A stretch of 64,000 nucleotides of DNA from Gracilinanus agilis (Eukaryota). Positions 38,401 to 51,361 of this stretch are shown here, piece after piece; within the stretch, counting starts at the first letter, position 1, and the number at the start of each line of letters is the position of its first letter. The DNA lies in NCBI RefSeq assembly GCF_016433145.1, contig NC_058132.1:269625660-269689659 (forward strand), read 5' to 3'. The position numbers and the translations under genes were made by a program. Under the pieces are notes generated by a model, which did no database searches, was not told where the DNA came from, and saw only the letters and a program-made list of their open reading frames with translations.

Positions 38401-40581
38401 GATTTTTATTGTGTTTCAGCCTCAGATATTTTTTACAATATTCTTCTATACTTTTGGGGGGATGGGTACAGGGTAGAGAAGCCACTTTAATCACCAGGTT
38501 TCTTAACGGGTCTAAGTCTTCATGTAAGGTAAGAGAACCAAGTACTCCCATTCCATAGGACATGGAATGGTAGAACTAGGAGGAATCTTAGTGAAATTTA
38601 TTTTCAAAGAACAGGTTTAGAAAAGTCGGGTGATTTTCCCAAGTAACACAATTGCCTAGAACTAGACTTAGAATTCTGGTCTTCTTCCTCCCTGCCCTGT
38701 GATTCTACTATGTGATTCTAACTCTTCTTCCTCCTCTCCTACAGAGAGATGGAGTTGGTTTTTCTAATATGGAGACTACTTCCAGCATGGCAGAAGCTGA
38801 ACACCAAAGAAATGTCTTCTGAGTTTATTTTTTGCTTAAGAGGATGCTACTACAATTTATGTTTATGATGAAAAAATGGATTGGGGCAGATACATATTCA
38901 ATTTCTTCTCATCCTCTTTGTGTTTAATATATATTAGTTCTTGACCCAAGTTCAAGTTCTATGCCCAGAAAAATGAGCCATGCTAACCAGCCCTATGGAA
39001 TTTGAACCTTCAATAATGGGCTAATCAATATTCTCCAGCCAAAGCAAATTATTCATTGCACCTTATACAATGAAAGCTTTCCAGAATGAAGATAACATTA
39101 TATAGAGCAACATAAATATTGTCTGAAGAATGATTTGTGTATATCTACCTCCAGTGAAAGAGATGATAATTAGAAATACGTATAAGTATACATGAATCTT
39201 TTTTGTCAAATATGCCTTCTTTTTGGGGGGCGGGAAGGGGAAGGTGGGAATTAACTAGGTATATTTTAATGTAACAAACAAGTAAATAAATAAATGTACA
39301 TTTAAAAAACAGTTAGTATTTTACCATTTCCATGTGACTGTTTTTTATGCCTGCCTTAGCTTTCCATTTTTACCTTTTGAAATCTGATCATTCAAGCCTC
39401 AACTTACATATTACCTCCCTGTGGAAGTTTCCTTGATTCTTCCCTCCTTCAGGTTGGAAATCTCCTTTTCTTCCTAAGACCACACATAAACTTTATCCTC
39501 AATCATGTTCTCATTATAATTTAATCAATTATGTTTATAAGTAAAGAATGGAAGGGGGAGAGAATAAGCACTTATATAGCAACTACTATATGCCAAACAG
39601 TGTGCTAGGCACTTTACGAATATTATAGTATCATTATATAGCTGTTGTATAGTATTGAGTACACATATAAAAGTATAGACACACATGTATAATATGCATA
39701 TATGTAATGTATTCATGGGTATACATGTATGTAGGCTATATGTCCCCTGGTATATTATAAGCATCATGATGACAAGAACTTCATATTTCTAAACTTTGTT
39801 ATCTGCCCTAATGCTTAGAAAAATGTTCTGTCTGTGGTAAATAATAAATAAATGGTTGTTAAATGAATAAAATATCATGCTATCAGCCAGTATCAGTGTG
39901 TCTCAATTTTCTTTATTCCTTGTCATGTTGGACATTTATCATTAGAAAAGAGGAAGCCCTGAATCAAGAAGATGGTTTTACTTATAAATATCAAAAGTGA
40001 GACAGATATTTAAAAAGAATATTCTTATATTTGATAATAATTAGAAAGGAAAGAAAAGTAATTACTTTAGAGAATTTAATTTAATACTGAAGAGTGGGAT
40101 TCAGAGCTGGGCATGAGTACCTGCTCTGCCACTAACTGAGTATCTAACGTGCCACACATAGCTTTGCTGAAGAAACCAAGAGCAAGGGAAGGGGATACGC
40201 ATTTATATATTAGGCATAGACCACAGGCAAAGCAGTTAATAAATAAGATCATATTTCATCATCATAACAACTCAGCGTGGTAGATATTCTTATTATCCTC
40301 GTTTTACAATGAATGAAACTGAGGCAAGCAGATTAAGTAATTTTACCTATGACCAAGCTGCTAGGAAGTGTCAGAATTCAAATCTGAACGTGGTCTTCCT
40401 GACCCCAGTCCAATGCTCTATCTACTGCCTCTAACTGAAGATGTTTTAATCTAAAGAAAATAACAAAGAGAAAATGTAACAACTGCTTCCAAATATTTGA
40501 AAAGTTGTCACACAGAAAAGGATTTAGACTTTCCTTTTGACTCTAGAAGTCTGAATTGCTAATAAAGGTCCAATTTAGTTT

Positions 40582-40806
40582 AGTTGTGCTTTGTTTTTTT
40601 TTGTTTGTTTGTTTGTTTTGTTTTGTTTTAATAAACCCTTACTTTCTGTCTTGGAAATGATACTGAGTATTAGTTCCAAGGCAGACAACTGGGGTTGAGT
40701 GACTTGCCAGGGTCAGACAAAGTTAGAGTATATGAGGTCAGTTTTGAACCCAGGACTTTCTGTCTCTAGGCTTGGCACTGTTCGCACTGAGCCACCTGGC
40801 TGTCCT
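40582..40806 (-). mobile_element. SINE1_Mdo-type SINE with 13-bp TSD and (GTTT)n tail
   Basis: TSD tccaatttagttt at 40569-40581 and 40807-40819; reverse head 'cactgagccacctggctgtcc'. Confidence 0.9.
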
Positions 40807-41726
40807 TCCAATTTAGTTTTAATGGAGGGGAAAGCGTCTTCCATGATGTCCTACTCTGATGCTTCATTGTGAAGTGATGTCGGTGGGTTATTGTAATCGA
40901 AGCCAGAGACACATAAATGAAGTTTAGCCATGGTCTTCTAGTACTGGTACATAGACCATGTCTTAAATCTGAAGATGATCTTTATCCAAATACAGAGAGG
41001 CTCCTCACAGCAAACTGACTACATCAATCCATGAAACTGAAAAAAAAAAAAAAAGCAAAAAGTAGTCTTCAGGTCACTATGGCCTCCTGCTTCTGCAATA
41101 ATGGTGAGAAAGGGTGCTAAGAATCACACTGATTTTTAGACCATCTAGAAACATTAACTTAACTGTAAATGTGATATATTTTCCCAATGACTAAAAAGTA
41201 AACATGGTACTAGAAGTAGTGAATCATATCAATTTTGGCATTTCCACTACAAATAAGACCAGAAAACAAAATGAACTTTTAGCTAAATAGAAAGAGGGCT
41301 CTAAGAGGCATTTTGGATAGAGTTCTAGAACTGACTCAGGAAGGCCTGTGACAATGGATGAGTGAACTAACTTATAGTTTTAGTCGTTTCATCTGTAAAA
41401 TGGGGACAACAGTGGAAACTAACCCACCCGCCCAGATTTTATGAGACAGCATATGTAAAGTGCTTAGAAAACCTTAAGGAATCTATATAAATACATTGTT
41501 GTTGGCTTCTGTTGCTGTTATAGTTGTTAACATCTTCCCAAAGGCACAAAAACAGAAGCCAAGAGAAAAAAAATCTTAGTATTCCTTCAAAGGTAACAAT
41601 AAACATCATTTCATGGGACCTTTCATAAATTCATATTGTAGTGCTTTTAATAGTATTTTGCAAGTATTTGCAAAAAGACCACCATGAAAATGCTAAGGTA
41701 AAGGCACTCCATGATGAACTCACAAT

Positions 41727-42560
41727 TGTTATATTGAATCTCTGGGAGCTTGAAGTTCACTTTTGATTGACAGATAAGTCAGTTGGATAGAATGTTCCCA
41801 AAGAGGCATGCGGGATTCAGGAGGGGGCAGTTAAGAACCCTGGGAGAGGTCCTGGGGTCTCTTTCCTGTCCTGAGGCTAGAGATCAGTGTGGATCCTGGT
41901 CTTGGAGATAGAGAGTCGCAAACACTACCTTACAAGCTCCTCCTGTGTTTCCTTGCACCATTATCAACCTGTACCTGACCACCACCTCGGTGTCTACTGC
42001 CCCTAGATATTAGGAGTTTCATCATCTTAGCTATCTAGGCTTCCCAGGGCCCGGGAGGGATCCGGGAAGTGGGCAGGAGATGAAGAAGAGGGTGGAAAGG
42101 GTGGATATATCTCAACTGTTAGGCTTAAGATCTACAGAAGAAGAAGCTGAAGATTTCCCAGCAGTTTACCTACTCTGGTTTAGCCCTGGCCAGGCTGGAC
42201 CAGAAGGAAGCTATCATTTGATTCTTCATTGCCTGCAGTTAGAGATTCATTAGTAGCAATTTAAGTAGGGTCTCCTAATACCTCAATCCTTACCCTTATC
42301 CTTCTTATCAAATATGTACAAAGTTTAAAGTACCTTCCTGAATTGGTTTCCAAAGCTTATTTGGGAAGGGAGACACGTAGTCAGATTACCAATGTTATCC
42401 TAGCTGAAGAGCCCAATAATTAATACCAATTAACCCAGGTGGGTCCTGAAGGGATAAACCACTTTGACCTGAAGGATCCTGCCTGGGCAACTGTTATCAT
42501 CTCTTTGTACTCCAACTTCATATACATCAAATAGAGAAAGTGACCTCCTTTAATATAACA
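41727..42560. mobile_element. Solo LTR (834 bp), ERV1-like by TSD length
   Basis: TG...CA ends with a perfect 9-bp inverted repeat (tgttatatt 41727-41735 / aatataaca 42552-42560); 4-bp TSD caat at 41723-41726 and 42561-42564; more GC-rich than its flanks. Confidence 0.85.
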
Positions 42561-42569
42561 CAATCCATC

Positions 42570-43100
42570 ATTTAGTCAATCATTATTTATTGACTATTAA
42601 ATATCATTTATATACGCAGTTCCCATATACTAGGCGGTATACTGAGTGCTAGTGCTACAAATAAAAAGAATAAAAGAGGAGAAAGCATGAATACATGTAA
42701 TCTGTGTGTGTGTATGTGTACACTATACCTCTTTGTATAAAACTATACACACACAAACATACATATACAAATGAATACAAAATAGGAAGGGAAATCACTA
42801 GCATCAGGTTGTTTTGGAAAGATCATGGTGGCATGTGAGGTGTTTTCTTAAAGGAAATGTGAATTTCTATTAGTTGGATGTGAAAAGGAAGTGAATTCCA
42901 GGCATGGGCAATAGCCAGGATAAATATGGAAGATGGAGTTCTTTGTGTGAAAATAGAAACAAGGCTTGTTTGGCCAGATCATTGAGTGCCGGAAGGGAAA
43001 CAATGAATAATAAATCTGGAAAAACAGATGGGGATCATGTCGTGAAGAGATTTAAAAGTTAAAAAGAGAAGTTTCTATTTTATCCTAGAGGCAATAGGGC
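42570..43100 (-). mobile_element. L2 LINE 3' fragment
   Basis: 'tagtcaatcattatttattg...actgagtgctagtgctacaaataaaaag...ttttatcctagaggcaataggg'. Confidence 0.7.
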
Positions 43101-44619
43101 ATGTGGTCATAGAGGTATTTTTTGATAGATTAAAATTTTTCCTTGATTTGTTCATCTCTTCCACCTCAATATCTAGGTTGAGGGGATGGGGGATTGAGTT
43201 TAGATTAAGTTTCACAACTGAAAGGCATGGACAAGGTCTTCCTGATCCTGAGTATAGTGGGCCAAACCCATCTCCTCCTTTAAGGGACTCCCAGAATGCT
43301 TTTGTACTGGGCTTTGCCTGGGTTCTCCCTCTTTTCCCAAGACTCTAGGATTTTCCCTAGATTTAGACTTTTTGGGGGGTTCTTGCTCCTTGCTGCAAGG
43401 CCCCCAGGTTGGTTTCTTTTCACAGGGATTCAGTGACTACTTGACCTCAGTGTCTAGTGTCTTTCTCCTGTAAATGGCCTTGGGTCATTAACTATGAAGT
43501 TGTTCTTAGCTTGGTTCCTGTAGCTATAGAATGTGGAGAGGCTTATAGTGGGCTTGACAAGTGGATCCAAGGAGAGTTAGACATTTCCAAAGCTTCTAGG
43601 GGCCACCTGTGCTCTGCCCTTGACCTATCTTATCTTGTGTATCACAGGATCTTCATAGGATTTAGGGGTACCTCTGTGGAACCTGGCATTGGTGGAGTAT
43701 GGAAGTAATTGATTTTATTTATTATTACTATATGAATGCATTTCCAAGATGATGGAGTGCTCATAGGGGATGTGGGATCATTTGCATACTACTAAATGGT
43801 CATCTCCCACAACCTCTAACTATTGGTATAAAAGGGAAAAATCTACCTTAAAATTTGGAGTAAAAATTCTTAGCATCTTCATCTGAGATTAGAACAAACA
43901 GAAGGTATAAAGGATCATCATTGGCTTTATATACATAAAAGACCTAAACAGAAGAAAGTTCCAAAGAAAGGCCAGCTTTTCCTCCATCATCCTTTCTTGG
44001 TGCCTATCTATCAACAGGCACTATTAAATAATCTGCTGTTTTCTTACCCAAATATTTCCATTAATTGAATTTTTCCTCAACCACAAAAAGTTCAGGGATT
44101 AACTAGGTATATGTAAAAATTTAAATCTATGCAGAGGGTAGGCTTTGCTTAGATTTTAGGAATTTTCTTAACTTAGAGCTTAGAGAAAGTGTCACTGAAC
44201 TCAGAACTTGTCATATAAAATTAACTTTTCTAAAGCCATAGAGAAAGGTGCCAAGTGGGAATCAGGAGTCATTTTGCCTCACCTGAAGCCCCCACTCCTA
44301 CTACTTAAAATGACCTAATTATTGTAACAGGGTGTTTATAATAGGATCAGAATATTTGTCATATTAGTCACAAAGCTCGAATGAGGAATAAGCAGTTGAC
44401 CTCTCATAGTCTCCATTTGTATCTATATGTTATCATGAGAATGAAAGGAGTATCCAGAGCATAAAGTATGTATTCCTTGTAGGGTATTTGTGGGAAGACA
44501 TGGGTAATGGTCCCATTAGGTGGACATTTATGAATGAATTGTGATGCGTATCACTGGAAGGTAGACTCACAAGGTTAAGCTTATAGATTCACTGCAAGAA
44601 TTGTAGTAAGGAAAATAAT

Positions 44620-44831
44620 TATTATTTTTAGTTGTTTTCAGTAATGTGTGACTGTCATTCCATTTGGAGTTTTCTTGGCAAAGATCCTGGAGTGGTTTGT
44701 TATTTCCTTCTCCAGCTCATTTTACAAATGAAAAAAGTGAAGCAAACAAGGTTAAGTCTGAGGCCATATTTGAACACAAGAAGACAAGTTTTCCAGAATC
44801 TAGGTCTGGTACTCTATCCACTGTAGCTGCC
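44620..44831 (-). mobile_element. MAR1-type SINE
   Basis: 'gttgttttcagt...tttcttggcaaagatcctggagtggtttg...ccactgtagctgcc'. Confidence 0.85.
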
Positions 44832-45057
44832 TGAACACCGCACAATAATTGGAACTAGCCAAAATGAGAATGGATAGCCTCATGGGGTAATGGGTTCTTC
44901 TTCAGTGGAAATCTTCAGATAAAGGTAGTATTTGTATTTTAGTTTTTAATTATTGAAATTTCGGTACATACTTCAAGACTGGTGAAAGAGGAACTGCTTT
45001 TATCTCACCTTCCAAATTCATGATATAGGATTTGTGTGTATTGAAAATGAATTGATC

Positions 45058-45208
45058 AAGTCTTGATCAATGACACATGTAAAACCCAGTGGACTTGCTC
45101 ATTGGCTATGGCAGGGGGGGAGGGGGGAGGGAAAGAACATGAATCATGGAACCATGGGAAAATATTCTAAATGAATTAATTAAATAAAAATTTTCAAATT
45201 AAAAAAAA
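45058..45208 (+). mobile_element. Short L1_Mdo 3' end with 15-bp TSD
   Basis: 'tcttgatcaatgacacatgtaaaacccagtgg...' plus polyA; TSD gaaaat(g/t)aattgatc at 45043-45057 and 45209-45223. Confidence 0.9.
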
Positions 45209-45328
45209 GAAAATTAATTGATCTGAGCCTTGAAGGCAAGAAGGGTTTCAACTTGCTGAGATGAATGACTAACTGGCTAAATGAGTGTCCTTGTAAGTTT
45301 TTTGCAGGAAATATAAAAGCCACAGACA

Positions 45329-45446
45329 AACCCGGCCTCAGCCACTTCCCAGCTGTGTGACCCTGGGCAAGTCACTTGACCCCCATTGCCCACCCTTACC
45401 AATCTTCCACCTATGAGACAATACACCAAAGTACAAGGGTTAAAAA
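45329..45446 (+). mobile_element. 5'-truncated young SINE1_Mdo-type SINE
   Basis: 3' half nearly identical to the 27027 and 48583 copies; TSD aaaagccaca(g/a)aca at 45315-45328 and 45447-45460. Confidence 0.93.
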
Positions 45447-47329
45447 AAAAGCCACAAACATATATGCAGGGTATAAGGATGATACCTATTTTATTTTTAC
45501 AAGGAAAAGCCTGTGTTATCATGACACAGCCAAGAAATATTAGTGATATAATGGAGTTCAAGTTCATATATTAATTAAGAAGCAGTTTTCAAACCAAATG
45601 AGAGAGTCAGTCACCAATGAAAAGCCACAAAGCATTCTTTCATTTTCAGCCTAGTGGCCTTTCAGGGTTTCCTAAGCAAGTAATATCACTCAATCTTTGT
45701 TACTTGGGGATGGTCTCTTCTTAATCATTATTCCTTAATATTGTTCATTAACTAGGAAACCTCATTTATTACTCAGCTTCCTTCTTAGCATTTCTTAGCA
45801 TTCCTTCTTAGCATATCCTTTGGTTCTGTTATTAAAAAAATTCTATTTAGAAGTAGGGACTGGGATGACAGGACCATAGATTTAGAAATGGAAGTGACCT
45901 CAGAGTCCATCTTATTCAATCCATCCATTTTATAGATGAAGAACACAAAGCACACAGAGATTCTAATTTGCCCAAAGTCACATAGGCAACAAACTTGCAT
46001 CAGAGGACAAATTCTTTTGACTCAAAACTAGTGTTGAATCAGGTCTCCATCATGTTAACTCATGACTTTTAAGGACCAAAACTCTTGTTAATGTCAACAT
46101 TCTAGACCAAGGATAATAATGAATGGTTAGGGATAATTGAAGACAATGAATTTTCATTATCATTTAATCTTTGCCAGCTACCTTACTGTGAGAAAACTCT
46201 AGATTACTGTCATAACTCTAGACTCTTTCATTAACATTTAATCCAATTAGATGCATTATTTCTATTAATTTATGAACAGGTAAACTGTCTTAGCCTTAAT
46301 TTCTTCCTATGTAAATAAAGGAGTTGGAAAAGACACCTCCTGTGCTTCCTTCCAGCTCTAAATACATGAACTTGTGATTTTTTTCCACATATTTTTTCAG
46401 CATTTCAAAAGTTACTTATATTGTCTTCTAAGATAGATCCAAGGGAATCATGTTTTCAGTTACTTGACTGAAGTGACATATCTCTTTCAAATATGTTTAT
46501 ATATTGTTTGTTCTGTGCTGGTAAACTTCAACATAAACACAAAAGCAACATCTGTCTTCATCCATCTTCCTGTCTCCGTCATACTGTTTTAAGGTTGTCC
46601 AATTAATGCCTGGGTATTTGCAGAAATAAGTCCATTATCTTAACAAGCTCTCTGCAGATGTGGAGAAGAATATTACTTGTCCCAGTAGTCATGAGTTAAA
46701 ACTTCCCTTCATTAAAGCAGTAGAGTTTCAGGAGATACCATCCAGGAATTAATTTTCACAGCCATTGCTTATGGTATAACATTTCAGATTACTTATTCAT
46801 TTTCTCCACTTTATATTTGGAATATTTGTCCAAAAGTTCTTATTAAACTTACGCAGTTTTGAAATTCCCAGTTTTCATTGATACTATACATTTCTTAATT
46901 AGGTAATTTTATTACACCTCCCCCCTTACTACATTAACAATGACTATTTAATTTAACTTGTATTTTATATTAGCTGGCATCCTTTTTTTAACCAACTTAT
47001 TAAATAATTTAACAATCTTTATTTTTTTCTTTTATATTGGTTAAGAAAGTATTTAACATATTTATGAATTAGAGGTATGTTCTTTGTTGATTTTATGACT
47101 AGCAACAATGTGTGTGTTAGTTATCCTCAAATACTTGAGCAGATTTTTTGCTTTGGTATGTAAAATCTATATCAGATTGCTTATCTTCTCAGGAAAGAAG
47201 GAAGGGAGAGAAGAAGAAATGGAAAGAATTTGTAACTCAAATTCTAGGAAACAATGTTTTTTTTTTAATTATGTAATTGAGGGAAAATAAAGTATTATTT
47301 TTAAATATACTATTTGCTTTGTTAAAACC

Positions 47330-47820
47330 TCAGACAAGAGAAACATAAGGAAGATAAATAAATATAGCTAGAAAATACTAAATGAATAAATCAACACAGC
47401 ACAAAAGGGAAAAACTAGAAAAAGAAAAAGAGCTACATGGTAAAAGTAGCAACAACAAAATAACAACAGAGAAATCATTAAACATTTCAAATCATTCATT
47501 ATAACTAAGCTACATATATACCAAGGAGGCAAGGATGACTCAACATAAGAAAAATAAATAATATAATTATACATTTAAAATAAACATTTAAAACTATATT
47601 TTAATAGATGCAGAAAAAGCCTTTGACAAAGGCAAACATTTATTTATACTGAAAACCCTATCTAATATGTATCCAAAACCCAAACCAAGCTTTATAAAAA
47701 GTGAGAATGTACTAGAAGCTTTTTCAATAAATTTAGGACTAAAGCAATGATGACTACTCTCCCCACTATTACTTGATACAGTTCTAGAAATATTAGCAAT
47801 TGCAGAAGACAAGAGAAATT
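47330..47820 (+). mobile_element. Old L1 ORF2 RT fragment
   Basis: Plus-strand 'ILIDAEKAFDK...LEAF...LLSPLLLDTVLEILAIA' is the L1 RT. Confidence 0.88.
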
Positions 47821-47989
47821 AATTAGACCATACAGATAGGCTTTCTATTCACTAAGCCACCTAGCTGCCCTGTTATAATTTTAATCAAATAATAGATAGA
47901 AGCAACCAGAGAAGAAAAAATAGATAATTTTGACATTGGAATAGAAAAAAATCAATATCAGATTTCTCAGATGACTTTACTACTTGGGA

Positions 47990-48175
47990 TATCAGGAGAA
48001 AAGGAACATAGACTTCAATATGCTGAGTGGATCTCCTATGATGAATTTAAAGGAGGATGTGGACACAAGTCACAAAAGCATGGCAAGAAATGGATGGTGT
48101 TTCGTCCATATCACTATAAAAATTTCTAAATCAATCTGAACACAGAGATAGTTGATCATTTGAGTATTTATCTAG
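47990..48175 (+). mobile_element. RTE LINE (or RTE-tailed SINE) 3' end
   Basis: 'gagtggatctcctatgatgaattta...gtggacacaagtcaca...atggatgg...atcact' resembles the marsupial RTE 3' terminus as I recall it. Confidence 0.55.
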
Positions 48176-48582
48176 CACTTGCTTCTCAAAATATGCTATC
48201 TTATCACTGTGGGGACTCCTTCCAAAATACAAAAACAAATCATATTCATGCTTTGTTATCCCCTCATTCTTATCCATGGTCTCCTATAAATCCTCTTCAT
48301 GGGTGCCATCAAAATATCAACATAGTGGTGGTCTTTAGAAAGATAGACAGAGAAGAGAGAAGACAAAGAGCAAAGTATTAGAAGGTTAGAAAGGAAGGGA
48401 AGAAAAAACGAAGAACTGAAAGAAAAAAATAAGATTTTATTAAGCACATACTATATAAGCTGATAACTGTTCTAAATGCAGGAATATAAGTAAAAATTGT
48501 CAAATTGATCTAGAAATCACATCTGAGCATGTCTCACCTTATACAACAAACTACCTATTTTCTCAAAAAATATAAAATTCTA

Positions 48583-48770
48583 GGGGACAGCTGGGTAGCT
48601 CAGTGGAGTGAGAGTCAGGCCTAGAGACAGGAGGTCCTAGGTTCAAACCCGGCCTCAGCCACTTCCCAGCTGTGTGACCCTGGGCAAGTCACTTGACCCC
48701 CATTGCCCACCCTTACCAATCTTCCACCTATGAGACAATACACCGAAATACAAGGGTTTAAAAAATATAT
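48583..48770 (+). mobile_element. Very young SINE1_Mdo-type SINE
   Basis: Full head to tail; about 4 differences from the 27027 copy; TSD atataaaat(t/c)ct at 48570-48581 and 48771-48782. Confidence 0.96.
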
Positions 48771-49169
48771 ATATAAAATCCTGTTTTGTTTTCATTTCTT
48801 TTTTTCAAAGCATAGATTTCAATTTTATTTTTTATGTATAACATAATATGAAATGACAATAATATAATACATATGATTTGTTATACCTATGAAATAAATT
48901 ATAATAAACATGCTTACCTAAGGAAAACAAATTCTCAAAATTGGTTTGTCCAAAAATCTCTCTTGTTCTTTTCCCCACTTCCTCTTATTCCTCTCTACTC
49001 CCTCCATTCTGTTCCTCCCCACTCTTTCCCCTGGCCAAAGAAGGCAGATAAAATAATATCAGCTATACTTATATTATCATATAATACACATTTCCTTGCT
49101 CATGATGTTTTGAAACCAGAGACATTTTGCTTTAAAATCCTTTGAAAATTTTCCCCTCCTACCTTTTCA

Positions 49170-49580
49170 ATCTTCTTACACTTTACTCCCATCCGTGTAT
49201 TCTACAGTATACTAACATTTGTTTCTATGCTGTTTCTTACACCAAACACTCTTCTCCAGAGTCCAGGCATTTTCATTCTCACATCTAGAATTCTCTCCCT
49301 TTCTTGTCATTGAGTCCTGAATCCCCCCCCCTTTTTTAAATTCAGGTATCAACTAAAAATCCTATTTTCTACAAGAAGTCCTTCTCAATTTTCCTCAGTA
49401 TTAGTGCTACACTCCAAGATTGTCTCAAACTTGTCATATATTTCTTGTTTGCACATATTCTTTTACTTGTCTACCCCCATTAGACTGTGGACTCTTAGAA
49501 GACAAGGACCATTTTAACCTTTCTTTGTATTCTCAATTGCTTAGACAGTATAGTTGTTTGCACACAGTAGTTGGTTTATA
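49170..49580 (+). mobile_element. L2 LINE 3' fragment
   Basis: 'ccccattagactgtggactcttagaagacaaggacc...gcacacagtagttggtttataaat'. Confidence 0.75.
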
Positions 49581-50509
49581 AATCCCTTTCTTTCAAGGAG
49601 TTCACATCTAAAAGGGTGAGATAACATATATAATGGGTCAGAAGTGCATGCCAGATAAAAAGGTCTCAATGTCTTAGGGAGCAGAAACAGAGCACCTGGT
49701 AATGCATTGTCTTTTGTGTCATTTCCACTTATGAAATGCTGTATTTCTGTTGTTTAAACACTTGTCAATTCCAAGGACTTTGAAGATGAAAACCAAAGAT
49801 CCCATGGTATCATACCATCCCTCAGATATCAGCAAGTATGAGGACCATTGGTTATACATTTTTTCCCTATATGATTGCCTCCTTTTCCATTCATTCTTCT
49901 AATTACCTCATTTATATTATTTCTGCATGATTCATCTCTGGTTATTGTTCATGCTACTCACACCCACCATATATGCCTTATCATTACCCTTTAGGTGACT
50001 CACAGTCTTAAATTCTTAAATGCAATGGTATTCCATGACTTACAGACTTGTAGCATTATCATAGGAATGGAAATGTTAAAAAGGTTAGACCTTTATTTCA
50101 TGGAGAAGTTGAGGATCATTAAAAGCACTGAAAAATTCCCCAAACTTTGTTTCTTTTCACTTCTTCCTGAATGAGGATAATACGCCTCTTGTGCTGAGAT
50201 CATCTCTTAGGACACAGGATTGTACCTTCATGTTAGGATGAAACAGAAACTTCTCATCTCTTGGTCCATGCCCAGGAATTTATTAGTCTTCCCATCATTG
50301 CCTGATGATCACAAAAAATAATAGACATATTTAAGGAAGCTTAACTGAAGTAAGCTCCCTCACATTACAAACTGTTGGCCACAGGGAGGAAATCTGACAA
50401 AATGCTGTTTTTGCTGTTCTTTACTCTGTGGGCATCTTGTTTTTGTAGACCACTGGCATAGAAGACATTTAGTATGAATACTATTATGGTAAAACTGGAA
50501 TGAAAATTA

Positions 50510-50745
50510 CATGAAAAAAATGTTAAGATGATCTGAATGTCAATGAAAAAAGGAAGTTTAAGTTGACCCAGTATATGACTTCAGTGCATACAAAAGCTCA
50601 ACAATATTGCTTGTTTCCAGAAGATGTGATATCCAAGGAATATAACATAACATCAAGAATAATAATGATCCTTCAAATTATCAGAGCACAATTACAAATA
50701 CATTTTTATCATATGTTGGTACAAACATTCCACATTTTGTGTGAA
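50510..50745 (+). mobile_element. L3/CR1 fragment
   Basis: 'caaaagctcaacaatattg...atccaagg...tcagagcacaattacaaatac...ttccacatttt'. Confidence 0.6.
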
Positions 50746-51183
50746 AAAATGACTTCCAAATTGTTTTTCAGTTTCTCAGATTCAATGAATTCTAGAACCA
50801 GATTGAGATGGCTGGAATGAGATGAAATTATTTTTTTAACATATTCTCTTTTACCTTAAGATCCTTTTTTATCTACTTAATATAACATTCTTTGTGAGAA
50901 AGTCTTCTATCAAATCAGATACTCTACAAGACTCATCTGCATAACTAGAAACAACCACTATTTACCAAATAAATGTTTCCTATTTTCTGGCAATACCAAA
51001 GATCTTCAGGAGTTAAAAATGAAGATGATTTGTAGCACCACCATACAAATTTGCTTATTCAATATTCATTCGTTCTACTAACATCTGCTAAATATGTTTT
51101 ATATGAAGGCCTTGTTTTCCCACAATAACTTATACAATGATAAATAAACATAATCCCTGCCCTTAAAGAGTTTAGAGTCTAAA

Positions 51184-51361
51184 CAACCACCCCAGTGCAA
51201 CTATCAATAATATGGAAATAGGTCTCCAACAATGATACATGTAAAACCCAGTGGAATTGTGCATCAGCTATGGGTGGGGGTGAGTTTGGAGGAGGGAAAG
51301 AACATGAATCATGTAATCATGGAAAAATATTCTAAAAAATGAAAAAATAAAAGATTAAAAA
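51184..51361 (+). mobile_element. Short L1_Mdo 3' end with 19-bp TSD, inserted in an L2 end
   Basis: TSD aaagagtttagagtctaaa at 51165-51183 and 51362-51380. Confidence 0.92.

Noticed and set aside
40830-41060. Strong minus-strand acceptor (poly-T + CAG at 41039-41037) and C/D-box-like words
   Set aside because: All three frames stop within 11 codons; the box C matches are imperfect and there is no terminal stem. A non-coding exon cannot be excluded but is unsupported.
43775-43840. Octamer ATTTGCAT plus TATAAAAG resembling an immunoglobulin V promoter
   Set aside because: No leader exon, V segment or RSS downstream; the octamer also occurs near 7981, 16426 and 26016, consistent with chance.
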